Positions 19,256 through 28,878 of a DNA stretch of 46,951 nt are shown piece after piece. Under the pieces are notes generated by a model. The model did no database searches and was not told the DNA's origin. It saw only the letters and a program-made list of their open reading frames with translations. Positions within the stretch are counted from its first letter, which is position 1; each line of letters opens with the position of its first letter. Position numbers and translations under genes: made by a program. The stretch covers positions 1 through 46,951 of the forward strand of contig CAYSHM010000025.1 of assembly GCA_964430885.1 (NCBI GenBank), written 5' to 3'. The DNA is from an uncultured archaeon (GTDB lineage: Archaea; Thermoplasmatota; Penumbrarchaeia; JASLWR01).

Positions 19256-20296
19256 ATGAAGGGTAAAAGAATACTCGTTACTGGAGGTGGTGGATTTCTG
19301 GGGCGAGCGCTGGTCAGAGAGCTGGTTTTCCAGGAGGCAGAGGTCAGGGTCATATCCCGTAGCGACTATCCGGAGTTGAGGACCTGGGGTGTGGAGGTGC
19401 TCCAGGGGGATATACGCGACAGAAAGGCAGTTCTTTCGGCGTGTCAAAACCGCCAGATAGTTTTTCATACTGCCTCCAAGGTGGGTCACTGGGGAAATTA
19501 TGGGGATTTTTACGATGTGAATGTGAAGGGAACCGAGAATGTGATAAAATGCTGTTCCGAATGCGGGGTGAAATCTCTTATTTATACCAGCTCCCCTAGC
19601 GTGGTCTTTGATGGAAATGACGTTACTGGTGCGGATGAATCAGTCCCGTACCCGAAAAAATATCTTTCCAATTACTGTGCTACCAAGGCTATTGCCGAGA
19701 GAAAGGTTCTTTCAGCGAATTCCGGGCGGTTCAGAACCGTTGCACTCCGCCCTCACGGTATATGGGGGCCCGGTGACAATCATATCCTTCCAAGGTTGCT
19801 GAAAAGCGCTGAAAGGGGCAGGTTGAAATGCATTGCTGATGGGAATAATCAGGTGGACCTCAACTACATCGATAATGCTGTTGAAGGACATCTAGCTGCA
19901 GCAAAACGTCTTGATGAATACGGAGAAGGAGGTGTGAACGAGATGGATGGCGGGATTTCAGGTAAGATCTTTTTTTTGAGCGATGGTGAAAGGATACGCC
20001 TGTGGTGGCTGATTAACCGAATACTTCAAATTCACGGCCTTCCTCCCGTGAAAAAGAAAATATCTCGATTTAGGGCTAAAATGATAGCTTGCTTGCTGGA
20101 AATCGTCTACAGGGCCTTGTATAAAAACACCGAACCGCCTCTAACTAGATATGCTGTGGCTGAACTCTCCTGCTCTCATTGGTACGATATAAGCGCCGCT
20201 AAAAGGGATCTTGGTTACAAGCCGAAGGTATCGGTTAGAGAGGGTTTGAAACATTTGGAGGACTTTGTAAAGGTCAGGCAGAAGGGAAGAAAATGA
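19256..20296 (+). CDS. oleD: Extended SDR, OleD/LstD-type 2-alkyl-3-oxoalkanoate reductase (3-beta-HSD family)
   Basis: ILVTGGGGFLG, YTSSPSV, YCATK, LRPHGIWGPGD, AKRDLGYKP; operon context. Confidence 0.82.
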   Translation: MKGKRILVTGGGGFLGRALVRELVFQEAEVRVISRSDYPELRTWGVEVLQGDIRDRKAVLSACQNRQIVFHTASKVGHWGNYGDFYDVNVKGTENVIKCCSECGVKSLIYTSSPSVVFDGNDVTGADESVPYPKKYLSNYCATKAIAERKVLSANSGRFRTVALRPHGIWGPGDNHILPRLLKSAERGRLKCIADGNNQVDLNYIDNAVEGHLAAAKRLDEYGEGGVNEMDGGISGKIFFLSDGERIRLWWLINRILQIHGLPPVKKKISRFRAKMIACLLEIVYRALYKNTEPPLTRYAVAELSCSHWYDISAAKRDLGYKPKVSVREGLKHLEDFVKVRQKGRK

Positions 20297-20362
20297 CCGA
20301 TCTCAGGGCAGAACAAATATGAGTAATAAGATGATAATAATAATAACAATTGTCGGTCATAA

Positions 20363-21331
20363 TTAAATAAATCTTCTTAAAAAATCAACTGTTCTCTCCT
20401 CATGCCAGTATCTCTCAATCCCCGGTTCGATAACAAAACCCAGGTGGCCGCCGAATTCAGGTGCTAGTAGATAAAGGTGAGAGTTCTGTTCCGCCTCCTT
20501 AAAGGGATATGAAGGTTTACCAAGCATAGGGTCGTCAAGAGCGTTGATAATAAGCGTAGGGATCATGATATTTTTCAAATATGGCAGTGCGGAAGCATTG
20601 TCCCAGTAATCCTTTGCGTTCTTGAAGCCGTGAAGTGGAGCGGTGTAGTATTCATCATAATCTATGCCGCTTTTTATACGCTTTAAATTCTTCAGCGAAA
20701 TGAACCCGGGCATCAGTTTTTCCTTATCCACTATCTTTTGTTCCAGCATTTTGAGCAAACGCTGGGTATATATGAAATTTCTTAACCTGGCCCCTTCTTG
20801 AGCCGTAGACTCCATATCTACAACGGAGGATACTGCGACGCTGACCTTGACAGCGGGGGAAATTTTATCACTCTTCTCTCCCAAATATTTCAGTACGAGG
20901 TTTCCCCCCAGACTGAATCCTATGATCCCTATCTGCTTATATGATAGATCCTTTTCAAGATAATTCACCACGGTATCAAGGTCATAGGTGGAACCGGCAT
21001 GATAGTATTTCCTTTTCCTGTTCATCTCGCCGGAACAGCTTCTATAGTTGAAGGCCACAGCATCCCATTTTTTGTCATTAAGTATCTTGGCCATACCCTT
21101 CATATATTTTCTCTGTGAATGCCCTTCCAGACCATGGCATAGTATAAAGGTGGCATCTCCCTTCTCACCGCTGAAATCAAGATCTATGAAATCCCCATCC
21201 GGGGTATCTATCCTCCTTCGTGAGTAGGTGATCTTAGCCTCCTTCCGCATCTTGTTTCCATAGATGGTGTTGACGTGTTTGTTGCGGAACAGGAACGGTG
21301 GAATATAATCGGGTTCTTGAAGGATAGGCAT
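20363..21331 (-). CDS. YheT/ABHD-family alpha/beta serine hydrolase
   Basis: PDGDFIDLD, HGLEG, GFSLGGN nucleophile elbow, NALDDP, GGHLGF; ATG 21331 preferred over 21388. Confidence 0.88.
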   Translation of the reverse strand: MPILQEPDYIPPFLFRNKHVNTIYGNKMRKEAKITYSRRRIDTPDGDFIDLDFSGEKGDATFILCHGLEGHSQRKYMKGMAKILNDKKWDAVAFNYRSCSGEMNRKRKYYHAGSTYDLDTVVNYLEKDLSYKQIGIIGFSLGGNLVLKYLGEKSDKISPAVKVSVAVSSVVDMESTAQEGARLRNFIYTQRLLKMLEQKIVDKEKLMPGFISLKNLKRIKSGIDYDEYYTAPLHGFKNAKDYWDNASALPYLKNIMIPTLIINALDDPMLGKPSYPFKEAEQNSHLYLLAPEFGGHLGFVIEPGIERYWHEERTVDFLRRFI

Positions 21332-21462
21332 AATTTGACCTAAGAGTGCAAAATCAATAAATTTTACGTGCCATTTATTCTCATTCAATAATGACGGTAT
21401 CCTATCGACTCATGGAGGTGAATTCGGCTCCAGATCATTATTCGGTCTCTACTCGGCCATGG

Positions 21463-21477
21463 GAAAGTTTTAAAATA
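21463..21477 (+). promoter_or_regulatory. BRE/TATA promoter of thpR-cca
   Basis: GAAAG-TTTTAAAATA about 30 nt upstream of the GGAG RBS / ATG 21509. Confidence 0.55.
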
Positions 21478-21508
21478 AATGTTGATCATTTCCAAAAAGG
21501 AGATTTAT

Positions 21509-22075
21509 ATGACATACCGTGGATTCATCAGTGTTCATGTGGGTCCGGGACCTGAACTTAAAAAGGCCCGGGGGGAGCTGATAAAGACAGGGGCATCACT
21601 GAAAATGGTCTCTTTGGAAAACCTCCACATCACTCTAAAGTTCCTGGGTGAAGTGGATCCTAATGCTGATGATGATATTGAAGAAATAATTCGAATCTCT
21701 CTTTTAAACAAATCCACTTTAGAGGTTAAACTGAAGGGAATGGGTGCCTTTCCGTCTGAAAAACGGATAAATGTTATATGGATAGGGGTTGATTCAGAAG
21801 GTATACTTGAAAATATATCCGGGTCCATAAATAGTTCAATGGAATCATTGGGATTCAAGAGAGGGAAACCATTCCAAGGTCATTTGACCCTGGCGAGAAT
21901 GAGGAACGCCAGATGTAAATCCCTGGTTCAGGATATAATTAAAAAATATTCCGCTGCCGAATTTCAGGAAAATAAGATGGTAATGGTACATCTCATGAAG
22001 AGTACTTTAACACCCCAGGGTCCAATATATGAAGTTCGCAGAACCATAGAAATAGGTACTGACCAAATTGTTTAA
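21509..22075 (+). CDS. thpR: RNA 2',3'-cyclic phosphodiesterase (2'-5' RNA ligase, 2H family)
   Basis: Two HxT motifs, LHITLKFLG and GHLTLAR; SxLTPxGPIY; adjacent to cca as often seen in archaea. Confidence 0.92.
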   Translation: MTYRGFISVHVGPGPELKKARGELIKTGASLKMVSLENLHITLKFLGEVDPNADDDIEEIIRISLLNKSTLEVKLKGMGAFPSEKRINVIWIGVDSEGILENISGSINSSMESLGFKRGKPFQGHLTLARMRNARCKSLVQDIIKKYSAAEFQENKMVMVHLMKSTLTPQGPIYEVRRTIEIGTDQIV

Positions 22076-22083
22076 CAGAAGGT

Positions 22084-23577
22084 TTGAAGATGATAGGAAT
22101 TCAGGATATTGATGGTATCTTCAAGGAAGTTGAGGATGAATGTTTTCCAAGTCCCGATGAGATCCTTGAAGTGGAAAGGACCATGACTAAGCTTGTTTCA
22201 AAGGTCCTGAAAACCCTGGACATCATGGCTGAAACCCGAGAGATACCAAATGTAAAACCGATCATTGTGGGTTCTTCTGCCAAAGGAACCTATCTTAAAG
22301 GAGCCGATATTGACCTTTTTCTGCTGTTTCCAGCGGATACTGATGAGGAGAAGGCTTCAGCAATGTGTATGGATATGGGTAAAAAGGTTTTGGATAGCTA
22401 TGATATCAAATATGCTTCCCACCCCTATGTGTCAGGAAAATTCAACAATATTGGTGCTGATATCGTATGGGCTTATTGGATTGGGGATGGCGGGGGCATT
22501 ATATCTGCTGTTGACCGGACTCCCTTTCATACAAGCTACATTTCACAGCATTTATCCATTGAACAGCGACGGGACGTAAGATTACTGAAACAGTTCCTTA
22601 AAGGGATAGGCGCTTATTCTGCCAGCCTAAGAATCGAAGGGGTGAGTGGTTATCTCGCAGAGCTTCTAATAATAAGATATGGTTCCTTTATGAAGATGCT
22701 GAAAGCGGTATCCAGCTGGTCCTCCCGCACCCGTCTTGCCCTGAATGAGCATGGTGAGGAAACTGACAGCAGGGTCAAGATGAAAGAATCCTTCAGAACC
22801 GATCCTTTAGTTTTCATTGACCCTGTGGATGAGGGCCGTAATGTGGCAGCGGCCTTGTCTCTGCAGAATTATTATAGATTCATATCCGCTTCGGCAGATT
22901 TCCTGAAAAGTCCTTCTATATCCTTCTTTATAAATGAAGAACAAGGTCCTTTGGATATGGATCAGCTTTATCAGACCTATTTTGGCCGCGGGACCCATTT
23001 ACTGTCAATAAATATTGAGGTCCCTCCCCTTGTGGACGATATCCTGTTTCCCCAGATCAGAAAGGCATCTGAATCCCTTTATCAGTTATTTCTGGACAAC
23101 GGATTTGATGTTTTCGGCAGGGAATTCGAGTTGAAAAGAGTAAAACAATTTGAAAAACTGGGATCCGGAAGCGATCTTGGAATTGAGGATGAACCATCTG
23201 ACAAGTATGCCGTTCACGATGAGGCAGTATTCCTCCTTGAACTATCTACCTCTGAACTACCCTCACTATTAGAACACATTGGGCCTCCTGTTGTCAATTC
23301 CAATTCGGTTTTCTTTCTGGAAAAATGGCTGAACTCGCCCGAGGCAGTATCCAAACCTTTCATAAGGGATGGAAGATGGTATATACATAAGAAAAGAGAA
23401 TACCGCAAGGCTGGTGAGATTCTCAGAAATAATATCCGCAGTATAGGTTGGGGGAAGAATATATCAGAGATGGTGAAACAGGGAAAATACTATTTACTGG
23501 AAGGTAAAGATGTTTTTGAAAAAAATAACAGCCAGGTAATTCACCGTTTATTTAACAAGGGTGAACCCTGGCTGTGA
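22084..23577 (+). CDS. cca: Archaeal class I CCA-adding enzyme
   Basis: GSSAKGTYLKGADIDLF, YASHPYV, SAVDRTPFH, GVSGYLAELL, DPVDEGRNVAAA. Confidence 0.95.
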   Translation: MKMIGIQDIDGIFKEVEDECFPSPDEILEVERTMTKLVSKVLKTLDIMAETREIPNVKPIIVGSSAKGTYLKGADIDLFLLFPADTDEEKASAMCMDMGKKVLDSYDIKYASHPYVSGKFNNIGADIVWAYWIGDGGGIISAVDRTPFHTSYISQHLSIEQRRDVRLLKQFLKGIGAYSASLRIEGVSGYLAELLIIRYGSFMKMLKAVSSWSSRTRLALNEHGEETDSRVKMKESFRTDPLVFIDPVDEGRNVAAALSLQNYYRFISASADFLKSPSISFFINEEQGPLDMDQLYQTYFGRGTHLLSINIEVPPLVDDILFPQIRKASESLYQLFLDNGFDVFGREFELKRVKQFEKLGSGSDLGIEDEPSDKYAVHDEAVFLLELSTSELPSLLEHIGPPVVNSNSVFFLEKWLNSPEAVSKPFIRDGRWYIHKKREYRKAGEILRNNIRSIGWGKNISEMVKQGKYYLLEGKDVFEKNNSQVIHRLFNKGEPWL

Positions 23578-23613
23578 AGTCATCCTATAATATTCAAAGG
23601 ATGATTTTTTTAT

Positions 23614-26319
23614 TTAGTAATTCCTCTGTGTGTTTTCGGGAAGCATTCTTGATCCCGGTCCACTAGGATGCCCGCCCATGGCATGATTATTAGGCGTATG
23701 ATAGCCCATAGGTGCTCTGGGCTCTCCTCCGGCCATGGGCGGCCGAGGTGCCCCGTCGTCCATTGTTTCTCCCTGGGGCATCTTGCCTGAACCGATTCTG
23801 GCGTCTGGTTCTTCATTGTACACATGCTTGGGGGGTCTAGGCCTGGTTTCGGGTTCTGGAGTCAGTTCCTCCATGGGGGGCATAGGTTCCTCATGGTGCC
23901 TGTGCTCCTTGTGCTTCTTGTGTTTTTTCTCCTTCTTCTTCTTGATGAACTTTTTTCTTGTATAGAAGAATATGAAGGGAAGGAAAATTATCATTATTAT
24001 CCCTATAACTGCGAAGATAATGTAGAACCATCCTGTTCCGTAATGCTCCAGTTCAAGTTTATTATGGTCCATGGGTGCCTTGTCTATCTTCACCAGTATG
24101 GTCAGTGGAGCGGACTGGGAATACCTGATAAGTTGTCCTTTGCTGTTCTTGTACTGGACCCTTCCAGTGAGATTGTAGATTGTCCCGGCATCCACTTTGT
24201 GCGCCTTGAGCTTGAATATCAGTGTTCTGGACTGGGACACATTGAGGTCGAATGGTGCGGAGATAAGTGAATCGGTCTCCTTCTGCATCTCAAACTGATT
24301 GTTGTTGTCAAGCAGCTGGAGGGTAATGTTGGTAGCTTTACTTCCTCCGATATTGCTGACCGTGACCTTTAGATCGAACTTGTCTCCCTCATGTATCCAG
24401 GGGGTTTCAACTTTTGTAACCACAAGCTGAGGCGGGATTGGAATTATCTCCAAGGGCATCATAACTGTTCTAGTAATGCTTTCTTCCAGATGATTTGTGG
24501 CCTGAACCTTTATGGGTATATCATGGGTTCCAAGGGTCGCACCTTCCTTCACATTCACATTGAACTGCAGTGTAGTAAAACCGCCGCTGTTGAGATTATC
24601 TACGGTTATGAAATTGAAATAGTTCCGTCCTCCAGATGGGACAATGGGCAGTTTGCTTGACGGGGCGATGGAGATATTCAGTTGATGAAGATCATAACCA
24701 TCAGTGTTCTGCAGCGTAATGAAAAGGTTAGCTTCTATAGTTCCCGGCTGAAATACCTGATTAGTCGTAGCCTCGAGGTCTAAAAGGGAATCCTCCACTA
24801 AAACGTAAATATAGGCATCATCATCGGGTTCCTCCTTTCCCCTGGCCTGCATGATCACATTGTATTCATCCTCGTCGGTATCCTTGTCTATGGATGAACC
24901 TCCCAGAACGCCTGTATCAAAGAATTTTGCATCATACATCACAGGTATGACATATTTGCCGGACGGTATATCATTTCTTACTATTACCTCAAAGCTGACC
25001 GTAGTCGAGTCTCCTACTTTCAGTTCGTTGATGGTCTTTTCCGCACCGAAATCCTTTATCTGTGCCTGGTTGTCCTCATCGTAATAGAATCCTGTGGTAT
25101 AGAAATATCTGGCATTGGATAGGTCCAAAGCCACCTCGATATCCGTGAGATCGACATTTCCATCGTTGGTAAAACTAGCGGTCAAAGTTACTTTTTTATC
25201 CTCCAATTCCTGATCGAGTTCCTTTACGGGTACTGTCAGGACCGCACTGTCTTGGGGGGCCAGAATCGGTGTAAATTCCACGGTGACCTGAAGTTTTATT
25301 CCCCTTTCAGTGATGGTCACATCGTTGTTTGCGTCTCCGTCGTCATAAAAGCGTGTATATGTGATGGTAAGGGACAGTTCGTAATATCCAGGGTCTGCAT
25401 TCTCATCTACATTGATCCTCCAGTAGAGTGTTCCGCCGTTACCTATGGCCAATTCCTTTTTGTATGCATTCTTGTAGGATGTGGGAATTTCGATCTCAGT
25501 GCCGGAGTATGACAGAGTGCCCTGAATGTCTCCAATATCGTCAACATGTGTAGCAAGACCTGTCAGTCCGATCTTCTGCCTGGCAGCACCAGCGTAAAGG
25601 GTTGCACCGGGAGTGTCATTGGGGGAATATATTGTAGCCCCTTCCTTCTTCTCGACATCAATTCCGCTCTGGATCTCCAGTTCCACATAGAAATCCTCCA
25701 TTCGGCTAACATGCTGGTAACCGGTTGAATTGTTATAGTCCACCCTTATCTTATACCTGAGCTGAACATGGATGGTATAGATACCGGAAATGGTTGAATC
25801 CTTGACATTCAATCTGAAATCATCATTCTCATCTGTGGCATACCAGTTCCTCGCTCCACTCAAGGTGTACCCATCGTTACCCTCCCCGTTGTAGGGAGTG
25901 CCAAAACCAGAGGTAAAACCTTCAAATGGATTCTGAGTTTCGGATAGTGCTTCCACAGCATCCTCATCCATGAAATCCTGGAAGTACATATTAGAATCAA
26001 AGAGATCGTCGTTCAGCCAAGATTCATCTCCGAGATCATCCCCTTCGTATTCACTTCCATCGTAACTTTCACTTACAAAGAAGTGAAATTCATTATCCTG
26101 GTCCCCAGAATAGTAGGTATCATCACCCATTAAGGTAAGATCTAAATAAGTTGGGGCACGGTTTTTCAATACTTTCATTTTTACAAAGCTGTCATGGGTT
26201 GAATCGATTCGTTCAACTCTATTGGTATCCTGTAGCACTCCAATACCCAATCCTGCAAGGACCAGGCATAAAAATATTGGTACCAACATTATTCTTCTCA
26301 TATTATTTTTACTGATCAT
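23614..26319 (-). CDS. S-layer/COG1361-type surface protein with C-terminal TM anchor
   Basis: Signal peptide; repeated Ig/CARDB-like units (N.G...L.DI.V...L..GDS..VSF.V.V....PG.Y); TM followed by a K/H-rich and P/M/G-rich tail; RBS GAGGTG before 26319. Confidence 0.75.
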   Translation of the reverse strand: MISKNNMRRIMLVPIFLCLVLAGLGIGVLQDTNRVERIDSTHDSFVKMKVLKNRAPTYLDLTLMGDDTYYSGDQDNEFHFFVSESYDGSEYEGDDLGDESWLNDDLFDSNMYFQDFMDEDAVEALSETQNPFEGFTSGFGTPYNGEGNDGYTLSGARNWYATDENDDFRLNVKDSTISGIYTIHVQLRYKIRVDYNNSTGYQHVSRMEDFYVELEIQSGIDVEKKEGATIYSPNDTPGATLYAGAARQKIGLTGLATHVDDIGDIQGTLSYSGTEIEIPTSYKNAYKKELAIGNGGTLYWRINVDENADPGYYELSLTITYTRFYDDGDANNDVTITERGIKLQVTVEFTPILAPQDSAVLTVPVKELDQELEDKKVTLTASFTNDGNVDLTDIEVALDLSNARYFYTTGFYYDEDNQAQIKDFGAEKTINELKVGDSTTVSFEVIVRNDIPSGKYVIPVMYDAKFFDTGVLGGSSIDKDTDEDEYNVIMQARGKEEPDDDAYIYVLVEDSLLDLEATTNQVFQPGTIEANLFITLQNTDGYDLHQLNISIAPSSKLPIVPSGGRNYFNFITVDNLNSGGFTTLQFNVNVKEGATLGTHDIPIKVQATNHLEESITRTVMMPLEIIPIPPQLVVTKVETPWIHEGDKFDLKVTVSNIGGSKATNITLQLLDNNNQFEMQKETDSLISAPFDLNVSQSRTLIFKLKAHKVDAGTIYNLTGRVQYKNSKGQLIRYSQSAPLTILVKIDKAPMDHNKLELEHYGTGWFYIIFAVIGIIMIIFLPFIFFYTRKKFIKKKKEKKHKKHKEHRHHEEPMPPMEELTPEPETRPRPPKHVYNEEPDARIGSGKMPQGETMDDGAPRPPMAGGEPRAPMGYHTPNNHAMGGHPSGPGSRMLPENTQRNY

Positions 26320-26578
26320 TCTCACACCTCTAGATGATACTGAATATCGCGCTGTCAATATCATTTTTCCTTTAACGTAATAATATTATCAAATAAACAC
26401 TTAAACAGGATATAATTATTCCGATAATATACACTCCTGTTAAAGGGAATATTTTAATATTTCGCCCATAAAGGTTCTACCATTATTAATTACTTTTGGG
26501 TCCTTTTCAGGAATGTACTCCGATACTGTATTGTTTGACAAAAACTGATCCGTCCTATCAAAAATTGGGCCCATTTAA

Positions 26579-28567
26579 TTATTCTTTTTCATCCTGGTGA
26601 TCATTCCTTTTTACATCATTGCGCCTTTTTACAAATATCACTGCAACTGCGGTTAGGACAATACTGATAACAACAACCGCTATTATGATACCAGAAGAAC
26701 TGCTCATAAAACCTGCTCCCCCTTGAATTGTCTTCTGGAGGTCCACCTCAACTTCAGAAGGCAAAGAACGGGACACTCCCCTATATGCAACAGCAGTGAG
26801 ATTGGTCTTCATGTTATGAGAACTGCTGACCTCGGCAGACCAGTTCACAAACTGCCCTGGAGATTCATTTGATATGTCCAGGGTGACGGATTCACCCCCC
26901 CCTGAAAGGACAACCTTGTCTATGGTCTGTCCGGATCGGCTCCAGGCCAATCCGCTTACAATGTTCTTCCCGTTCTCAAAGGTATAGTTGGTTATGAAAC
27001 ATTGAATATCTATATCTATACCGCCGATACCAGCAAGGTCCTGGGCCATCTTCACCGCTTTATATCCATCTACTATACCCCATCCAAAATCCCTGTTCCA
27101 AAAGGGGTCGACATCAACCGTGGAAGGTTTTTCCATTCTCATTGCGGTGGCTCTAAGTATTTCTCTTGTGAGAAGAGGTTCCAGATCGGGATTTGCTTCA
27201 AGCATTAATGCTACAACTCCAGCAACCGATGGAGTGGCATATGAGGTACCTGATCCTCTGTTGCCATAGCCGTTCCCTGATGCATCGTCCAGGGGATTGG
27301 AGGAATACTGGCACTGCTGAATGTTGGTCCCTGAGGCTGAGATGTCAGGTTTGAGTTCGTCCACCGGATTGCTGTCCCCGTCATCGGTCCTAGGGCCTCT
27401 GGATGAGTAGTAGGCAACGATATCATCAGTCCTGTTCACTGTATTCCCGTCATCCGTTGCGCCGACAGTTATTGATAGGTCTGATGCACCCATCCCGGTA
27501 AATCCATTGTTGCTGGGCCCGTCGTTGCCGGCGGCCACCACAACATGCACTCCCGCTTCAACGAGTTTGTCAAGGGCCATAGAATATGGGTCCTTTCCAT
27601 CCGACGGCCCCCCGATATCGATTCCCCATGAAAGTGACAATACATCTATTCCCTGGTATTCCCCGCCTCCTGCAGGCCAATTATCATTACGGTGATCAAA
27701 GGCCCACTGGGATCCCTGCAGGGAAGCATCATAAGCATCCTGGAACAGTTCTCCAGGAGCATATCCAATAGCAGTACCTATCCTCAGGTCCACCAATCGG
27801 GCTCCCGGCGCTGAGCCCATGAACTCTCCGGTGGGTGCCCCAGTTCCCATGGCCATTCCAGTACAGGATGTACCATGTCCCTGAATGTCGTCGGCATTGA
27901 AGCTGCCGTCCCTGGGCGTCAGGAAGGTTTTGGGTTTAGATATGTCAGCGCCTCCAAGCCATTTTCCCGATAGCGATGGATGTGCGTCATCCACTCCGGT
28001 GTCCATGACGCATAGAGAAACTCCTTCGCCGGTGTAGCCGAGTTCCCATGCTGTATTCGGGGAGTACTCATCACTTTCCCTTGCTTTGATATTCCTTGTC
28101 TGAACATCCCCGAACCATGTTAACTGGCCAGTATGCCATATTCTAATTTCTTCTGATATACCAGTGATATCCCAAAGGGCCGAAAAACCGGGATGAGATA
28201 TTTCAACTATGCCAAGATCCTGATAATGGCCTATTATTCTAACTCCAGTTTCCTTCAGGGCGACGAGCTTATCCTGATTCCATCCTGATTCCAATAGGCA
28301 AAGACCGTGTTTCCCTTGATCTACCGATATTTCACTTTCCAATATGTCAGAGACCCTGTTGCCGTTCAAGTCCCACCATTTTTCAGAATCATCATGTACA
28401 TCCATTTTGCTGGATTCGGAACCAAGGTATATTTCACTAGTGCCTGCAGTCCTGAAACGGTTTATCACGACATTATTGGAATCAGGAGCCATTACCCATG
28501 GGGACAGACAGAAGCTCAATAGGGCTATTGCAACTAGAAGAGTAGTAGCGTTTTTTTTCAATGACAT
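26579..28567 (-). CDS. Secreted, membrane-anchored S8 (subtilisin-like) serine protease
   Basis: Triad MDTG, GHGT, GTSYATP; AAGNDG oxyanion hole; signal peptide; C-terminal TM followed by KRR. Confidence 0.92.
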   Translation of the reverse strand: MSLKKNATTLLVAIALLSFCLSPWVMAPDSNNVVINRFRTAGTSEIYLGSESSKMDVHDDSEKWWDLNGNRVSDILESEISVDQGKHGLCLLESGWNQDKLVALKETGVRIIGHYQDLGIVEISHPGFSALWDITGISEEIRIWHTGQLTWFGDVQTRNIKARESDEYSPNTAWELGYTGEGVSLCVMDTGVDDAHPSLSGKWLGGADISKPKTFLTPRDGSFNADDIQGHGTSCTGMAMGTGAPTGEFMGSAPGARLVDLRIGTAIGYAPGELFQDAYDASLQGSQWAFDHRNDNWPAGGGEYQGIDVLSLSWGIDIGGPSDGKDPYSMALDKLVEAGVHVVVAAGNDGPSNNGFTGMGASDLSITVGATDDGNTVNRTDDIVAYYSSRGPRTDDGDSNPVDELKPDISASGTNIQQCQYSSNPLDDASGNGYGNRGSGTSYATPSVAGVVALMLEANPDLEPLLTREILRATAMRMEKPSTVDVDPFWNRDFGWGIVDGYKAVKMAQDLAGIGGIDIDIQCFITNYTFENGKNIVSGLAWSRSGQTIDKVVLSGGGESVTLDISNESPGQFVNWSAEVSSSHNMKTNLTAVAYRGVSRSLPSEVEVDLQKTIQGGAGFMSSSSGIIIAVVVISIVLTAVAVIFVKRRNDVKRNDHQDEKE

Positions 28568-28878
28568 ATCTTACACCCTCCGCATTGTGAGCCGTTGTAT
28601 GATATTATATATTGCATATGAATCGCATCAATTTCTGCATTTATGCATGATAAAGAAGTCCAATGCAATTCAGAATAATTAACTGTTTTGGCATTTCCGA
28701 ATGAAAACCTGATTTACACTGTGATATGGATGTAGGATTTCAAGGTATATAAAAATAATTTGGACATAATAATTGGCATGATTCAATCCAAATACAACAC
28801 CAATCTAAAATGGCTTTAATATTTACTTGGAGTTTGTATAGTAGCCTGAAAATTTTAATAAATTATTTCAATCTTTTT

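Noticed and set aside
20363-21331. Calling the hydrolase oleB, which would complete an olefin pathway
   Set aside because: It has a Ser nucleophile (GFSLG) and YheT motifs rather than the Asp-nucleophile HDWG-type motif of OleB, and it lies on the opposite strand.
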